From: a virus
Lineage: Duplodnaviria > Caudoviricetes
IMG/VR virus record: IMGVR_UViG_3300031760_000001
Span: 160,001 to 224,000 of that record
Length of the DNA: 64,000 nucleotides
Strand: one strand, 5' to 3'
The position numbers were made by a program, and so were the translations under genes. Under the pieces are notes generated by a model. That model ran no database searches, was not told where the DNA came from, and saw only the letters and a list, made by a program, of their open reading frames with translations. Positions 59,653-64,000 of this stretch are shown here, one piece after another (the first letter of the stretch is position 1; every line of letters begins with the position of its first letter).

Positions 59653-60399
59653 TTATTTTCTACCATAAGGTTTTCCTCTGTAACCCTGTCTTTCTTCCTG
59701 GTCAACCTTTGCTGCTGGTTTGTTTTTATTCTTCATCAAGTCACCAATAATTTCATTCACAACTTCATTGACTCTTGATTCCATCATTTGCTGTGGCTGG
59801 TCACCACCCATCATAGGGTCGCCATCAGCAGGAGGCATCGCATTTGGGTCGCCACCCGTCATATCAGGATTGTCGCCCATATTGTTCATATCATCACCAT
59901 TTTCATTATCACTGTCATTGTTGTCACCATCACTTTCGCCACTGCCATTCAATTTATCACTCAAATATTCAATCATTGAATTTCTGTCCTCATCATTCAT
60001 ACCGTCAACAATAGCGGAAGCAATCATACCCAAAACCTCTTTCTTTTTATCCTCATGAGTGTTGATTCCATCGTTTTTAAGGTCATTACGGAAGATTGAA
60101 GCCAACTGACCAGCCAATGACTCAGCTTTTTTTTCTGGGTCGCCAGAAACATCAGCGTCACCTTCACCACCATCAAATGGGTTTGCACCCATTACAGGAG
60201 CATTCGGGTCAGCCATAGCATTTGGGTCACCAGGGTCACCCTGTGCACCAACAACACCACCGTCTGGGTCAGTACCCGTCATAGGGTCAGCTCCTGGAAC
60301 AGGAGGCATAAAAGAAGCGTCACCGCCCATAGGGTTCATACCCATAGGTTGTGACGCTTGGTTGTTATTTCCTAAATCTAGGAAAGTGTTTTCATTCAT
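59653..60399 (-). CDS. Acidic Gly/Pro/Met-rich low-complexity protein (putative head core protein)
   Basis: Repeated GGDPxxM segments; MMESRVNEVVNEII near the C-terminus. Confidence 0.6.
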   Translation of the reverse strand: MNENTFLDLGNNNQASQPMGMNPMGGDASFMPPVPGADPMTGTDPDGGVVGAQGDPGDPNAMADPNAPVMGANPFDGGEGDADVSGDPEKKAESLAGQLASIFRNDLKNDGINTHEDKKKEVLGMIASAIVDGMNDEDRNSMIEYLSDKLNGSGESDGDNNDSDNENGDDMNNMGDNPDMTGGDPNAMPPADGDPMMGGDQPQQMMESRVNEVVNEIIGDLMKNKNKPAAKVDQEERQGYRGKPYGRK

Positions 60400-62012
60400 T
60401 CTTTTTTTTTACCTAAAGCGGTAACCACAGCGTTAGTAATAGCGCTTACGACATCCTCGAATGGGTCGCCACTGTGACCGATTTTCAAACCATAAGGTTT
60501 CTCACCCTTAGCTGATTCGTCATTCCAGTCCTCACCCCATTTTGAACCATCTGCATTTGGAGGAAGTGACATAACTTTCTTCTGGTAGGCTGGGTGTTTA
60601 CCAAAGTCGTCAAGTTTTGTCTCAACAATTCTCTTGATTGATTCATAAAGCATATTCATGCCATCTTCATCCTCAGGAGTTTCCATAGCATTATCACCAA
60701 ACTGTGCATCGCCTTCAGCATCATTGATTGGATTGAAGTCATCGTCATCCATTGGAAGATTTGCAAGTGGGTCTTCGTCAAAGTCAACACCAAGCGAACC
60801 AGCGCCTTCACCATACTGGTCAAGGTGGTTGTAGATATCGTCATCATTAAGGTCACTGTTGATTGTTGTGCCATCACCACCGAAATCACTGCCAAGGATA
60901 TTCTCAGCTGAACCCTCAACTTCTGGATTTTCGAAATCACCGCCAAGTTCAACCTCAAAAACATTTTCGGTTACAGGTTGAGTTACACCATTCTGGTTCT
61001 CGAAAGGCTCTTTATATTTCTTGGGGTCGCCGATACCAGCGCTTGATGGAAGACCATCATCCCATTCAGTAGTTTCAAAATTCTCATTAACGTTAACAGT
61101 GTCATCATATGGAGCTGTGTCACCGATTTCAGTGCCGTGTGAACGGTCAAGTTCGCTGTCACTTGATGGGTGTACAAATGCTCTGTCATCTCTCCAAGCC
61201 AAAACTTGTTTTTTCTGTTCTTCGGTAAGTTTAAGTACACGTTTAGCTTTACCTTCGTTAGTAACACTCTTACCTTGTTCTTTTGAAGTCTTAGCTTTTT
61301 CCTGGTAAGCGTTGCCACCTTCCTTGTCGATGTTGTTGTCACCACAAGCAGCTTTATATTCACCGCTTGGACTTGTACCTTTAACACCATTCTTGTTGTA
61401 TACAGTTTCAGGATTTACCTGTTTACCGTCATCAACATAGCTTTTATCCTTGATACCAAGGTTCTGTTGTTTGCCTTTTGGACCTTCTGTACCGCCACCA
61501 TCTTTGGTTGAAGGGTTGTTTGTGAAAGGAGCGTTTTTATCCTCTTTGATGTAGTGAACATTTTCACTGAGGATATTGTCAACGTTCTCACACAACTGGT
61601 AGAAACGGTCCAATTCAGCTTTAGCTTCCTTGTTCTCTTTGTTTTCCCATTCAGCTGATTCATTGATATTGAACTGTGACTTGACAGGTTCCTTGCTTCC
61701 GTTTGCCTCATTAACGTGGATAAGCTCCAGATTAAGGGCGTTTGAAGCCTTGGTGTATGAATCATAGCTTTTACGGTTAAGGTAACCGCCGATATAATCA
61801 TAGTCTTCAGCCAAAATCTCGGTATTTTTCTTAGGAGCAACCTTTACGAAATATTTTGTACCTTCACGAAGAATTCCATAGGTTTTTCCGTCAGCACCAA
61901 CCTGGCTATATTCAACGATACCGTTTGTGTTAACAGTATTCTTTGATTCGTTTATGCCGTACATCATAAGACGCTGCATAGTTTCGAGTTCTTTTGTATA
62001 ATCTTTACTCAT
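60396..62012 (-). CDS. Acidic protein with many protease-type sites (putative head core protein)
   Basis: GINES, NINES, TNEGKAKRVLKLTEEQKK, VTENVFEVEL and MLYESIKRIVET. Confidence 0.6.
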   Translation of the reverse strand: MSKDYTKELETMQRLMMYGINESKNTVNTNGIVEYSQVGADGKTYGILREGTKYFVKVAPKKNTEILAEDYDYIGGYLNRKSYDSYTKASNALNLELIHVNEANGSKEPVKSQFNINESAEWENKENKEAKAELDRFYQLCENVDNILSENVHYIKEDKNAPFTNNPSTKDGGGTEGPKGKQQNLGIKDKSYVDDGKQVNPETVYNKNGVKGTSPSGEYKAACGDNNIDKEGGNAYQEKAKTSKEQGKSVTNEGKAKRVLKLTEEQKKQVLAWRDDRAFVHPSSDSELDRSHGTEIGDTAPYDDTVNVNENFETTEWDDGLPSSAGIGDPKKYKEPFENQNGVTQPVTENVFEVELGGDFENPEVEGSAENILGSDFGGDGTTINSDLNDDDIYNHLDQYGEGAGSLGVDFDEDPLANLPMDDDDFNPINDAEGDAQFGDNAMETPEDEDGMNMLYESIKRIVETKLDDFGKHPAYQKKVMSLPPNADGSKWGEDWNDESAKGEKPYGLKIGHSGDPFEDVVSAITNAVVTALGKKKE

Positions 62013-62088
62013 AATATTTTTTTATTAAGTATACTTATTATTCAATTCTTTATTAAAATATAATATAAATAGTTGTATTTTCAAAAAA

Positions 62089-63897
62089 TTAACGTCGATA
62101 ATATGTATTAAGTATTTCTTCGGATAATCCTGAATCAATTACAACCAGTTCAGGACTACCGTCACGCATAACCATTCCGTATGTTGAAATCCTTGTCAAA
62201 TCACCAAAAGGCAATTGATAGTCACCCATCAGATTAAATATACGTGGCACAAAACCGTAGTCATCTTCATCATATAATTTATCAACAAGTGCGTCCGCCT
62301 CATCTGTTGTCATGGTAAACAAATGAGTCTGTCTGCCATTATAACAATACCTGTTATAATAATATCTAACTAAATCACAATAAGTCTCAAAAGGTAAACC
62401 AATCAATCTTTCAAAATCTTCCTCTTTTGCAGGAACACAATTTTCCTCAACGAGCCACATATAATTGTCATCACAATCAAACACCTGTACAACCATACTG
62501 CCATATCTAGATGTCTGTTCTTCAAACTCATTTTGGGCAATGCCTTTTTTGTTTTTAGCTAGTTTCAAAACTTTTTCATCATCTATCTCAAAAATAATCC
62601 TGGATGAACCAGAACCGAATGATGGACCCAACATCTGTTTGCAATATTTCAATCTGCCAGCAAATGATTTAATTGATGAAAGCGTCTGTAAATTAAATTC
62701 TGTCATAGCCGCTTCATTAATGGCGCTGACATCATCTGTGTTTATGAAATTATCCATGTTAGCTGCTGGCATTCCGTCATCTTCAGGCGCTGGTGGTTCA
62801 GGCGTTCTGAACGGATTTTCTTCTGGAGTGTTTGGCAGTATTGGTTCAGGTGTGGGTTGGGCTTCAATATTAAGCAGTTTTTTAAGTTGTGCTATACGGT
62901 CAGTCAAAAGCCATTCAAGGTCTCGCTTACTATATACCCCAGGTGTAATCTGTTTGATTCCCATCCTTTGCACTGCATCGTGTAAATCTGCTGTTGTGAT
63001 TGTATTGCACTTTAACACTTTTTTGAAACGTCCTAACCAGGAATTCAAATACACATTGCCATATCCTGGATTACCACCCTCTTTTAAAAGTTTCGCCTGT
63101 TTTTCTGTAATCCTGACAATCTTTCCAGTGACTTCATCAATGGTGTTACTGCGGTCATATACATTGTTTATGTAATTCCACAGTTTTTCAATGTACCCCA
63201 TATGTTTTATCACTTTCCATATGATGTTTCCAGTTGACATTTCCTTTTCGCTGGAAGCCAGACCTTCGCTACGCATGTTTTTAAGTTTCGTGTATATGTT
63301 CTCAACCTCGGTCGAAAGCTTCTTCATTTTGACCTTATCATCCTCGTTGTCCAATTTGTCAAACAAGTCATCCAGTTTGGTCATCTGTTTTGCACAGAAA
63401 CTTTTGATATATTCTTTGTTAAGTTTTGAATCATTCAAATTTTCAGGTTCCTTCACCCACTTGTTCTTCTCCAGTGAATAAACACCAGTCGATTTGGCTG
63501 GGTCTGATGAATCCTCGACACTTATCTCAACTGGAAAATCCTTAATTGTCAATTCCGTATGTGTGCTGTTCCACAATTCTTTCTTTGAATTGAAATAATC
63601 TTTAACGAAATCAGTTTTCTTATATATGTCACTGAAATTATATACAATGTGAATATCCACATCCGAATATTTTGACCAGTTGTAGTTGGCAATTGAACCA
63701 GTCAGAACAATATCGGACGGTTTGACCCACTTCACTTCCAGGGATTCCACAAAGTCGTCGGCAATATCCAGCAACTTCAGCCTAATCTGGGAGTCAAGTT
63801 GACCGTCTTCATTAAAGAACTCAGGGTTGAGTTTGTCCTTAACCTTAAACGGTTTCATATCAATATCGTTTGTTTCAACCTCGTTAATATTTTTCAT
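62089..63897 (-). CDS. Tagged polyprotein: nucleotidyltransferase plus protein-kinase-like domain
   Basis: Pol-beta-type LTGSIANYNWSKYSDVDIHI; internal tag GKIVRITEKQAKLLKE; then AINE followed by GSGSSRIIF...VLKLA...GIAQNEFE...GDL...VIDSG. Confidence 0.75.
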   Translation of the reverse strand: MKNINEVETNDIDMKPFKVKDKLNPEFFNEDGQLDSQIRLKLLDIADDFVESLEVKWVKPSDIVLTGSIANYNWSKYSDVDIHIVYNFSDIYKKTDFVKDYFNSKKELWNSTHTELTIKDFPVEISVEDSSDPAKSTGVYSLEKNKWVKEPENLNDSKLNKEYIKSFCAKQMTKLDDLFDKLDNEDDKVKMKKLSTEVENIYTKLKNMRSEGLASSEKEMSTGNIIWKVIKHMGYIEKLWNYINNVYDRSNTIDEVTGKIVRITEKQAKLLKEGGNPGYGNVYLNSWLGRFKKVLKCNTITTADLHDAVQRMGIKQITPGVYSKRDLEWLLTDRIAQLKKLLNIEAQPTPEPILPNTPEENPFRTPEPPAPEDDGMPAANMDNFINTDDVSAINEAAMTEFNLQTLSSIKSFAGRLKYCKQMLGPSFGSGSSRIIFEIDDEKVLKLAKNKKGIAQNEFEEQTSRYGSMVVQVFDCDDNYMWLVEENCVPAKEEDFERLIGLPFETYCDLVRYYYNRYCYNGRQTHLFTMTTDEADALVDKLYDEDDYGFVPRIFNLMGDYQLPFGDLTRISTYGMVMRDGSPELVVIDSGLSEEILNTYYRR

Positions 63898-64000
63898 ATA
63901 TAAGGAATATATCATATATAAATATAATCCAATTAAATAAAATAAAATAAAACAGTAAATTCATGGAAAAAATAAGCATTTTTTGGTTGTATAGACAAAT

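Noticed and set aside
1-64000. Stop-codon reassignment as in Lak or some crAss-like phages
   Set aside because: Core genes are full-length in the standard code, and TAG ends genes at sensible positions (43251, 51748, 52264).
1-64000. CRISPR array, tRNA or rRNA genes
   Set aside because: No regularly spaced repeats or cloverleaf-like sequences were seen, and intergenic gaps are short and AT-rich. tRNAscan and a CRISPR finder were not run.

Overview
The window is 64 kb of an AT-rich, T4-like jumbo-phage genome in the standard genetic code. The host is probably a Bacteroidota species, inferred from A/T-rich translation starts that mostly lack Shine-Dalgarno sites and from FISUMP-like, GH2 and EcoRI-MTase/DUF262 genes. 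Recognisable genes are a gp13-like neck protein (cut by the left edge), a family B DNA polymerase, a fibre cluster, a dUTPase/glycosyltransferase cluster, a gp55-like late sigma factor, a gp5-like spike, a DUF262-HNH plus MTase cassette, and the head module (major capsid, scaffold, gp21-like protease, portal, large terminase). The strongest unexplained signal is a recurrent peptide tag, roughly (M)KKxIxL(T/N/S/K)ExxLKxxIxExVxxxLxE. It occurs at N-termini, C-termini and internal domain junctions of about 15 otherwise unrelated proteins and ends in the [LIV]-x-E cut site of gp21-type proteases. The tagged proteins include a tandem sigma-like polyprotein, two kinase-like domains, a nucleotidyltransferase, a GH24 lysozyme, a WYL protein, a zinc peptidase and a ferritin-like protein. 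This suggests a capsid cargo-loading and polyprotein-processing system. Most virion and tagged genes are also preceded by a strand-specific TATTTATA octamer, the reverse complement of the T4 late promoter. All calls come from motif recognition by eye; no database search was run.
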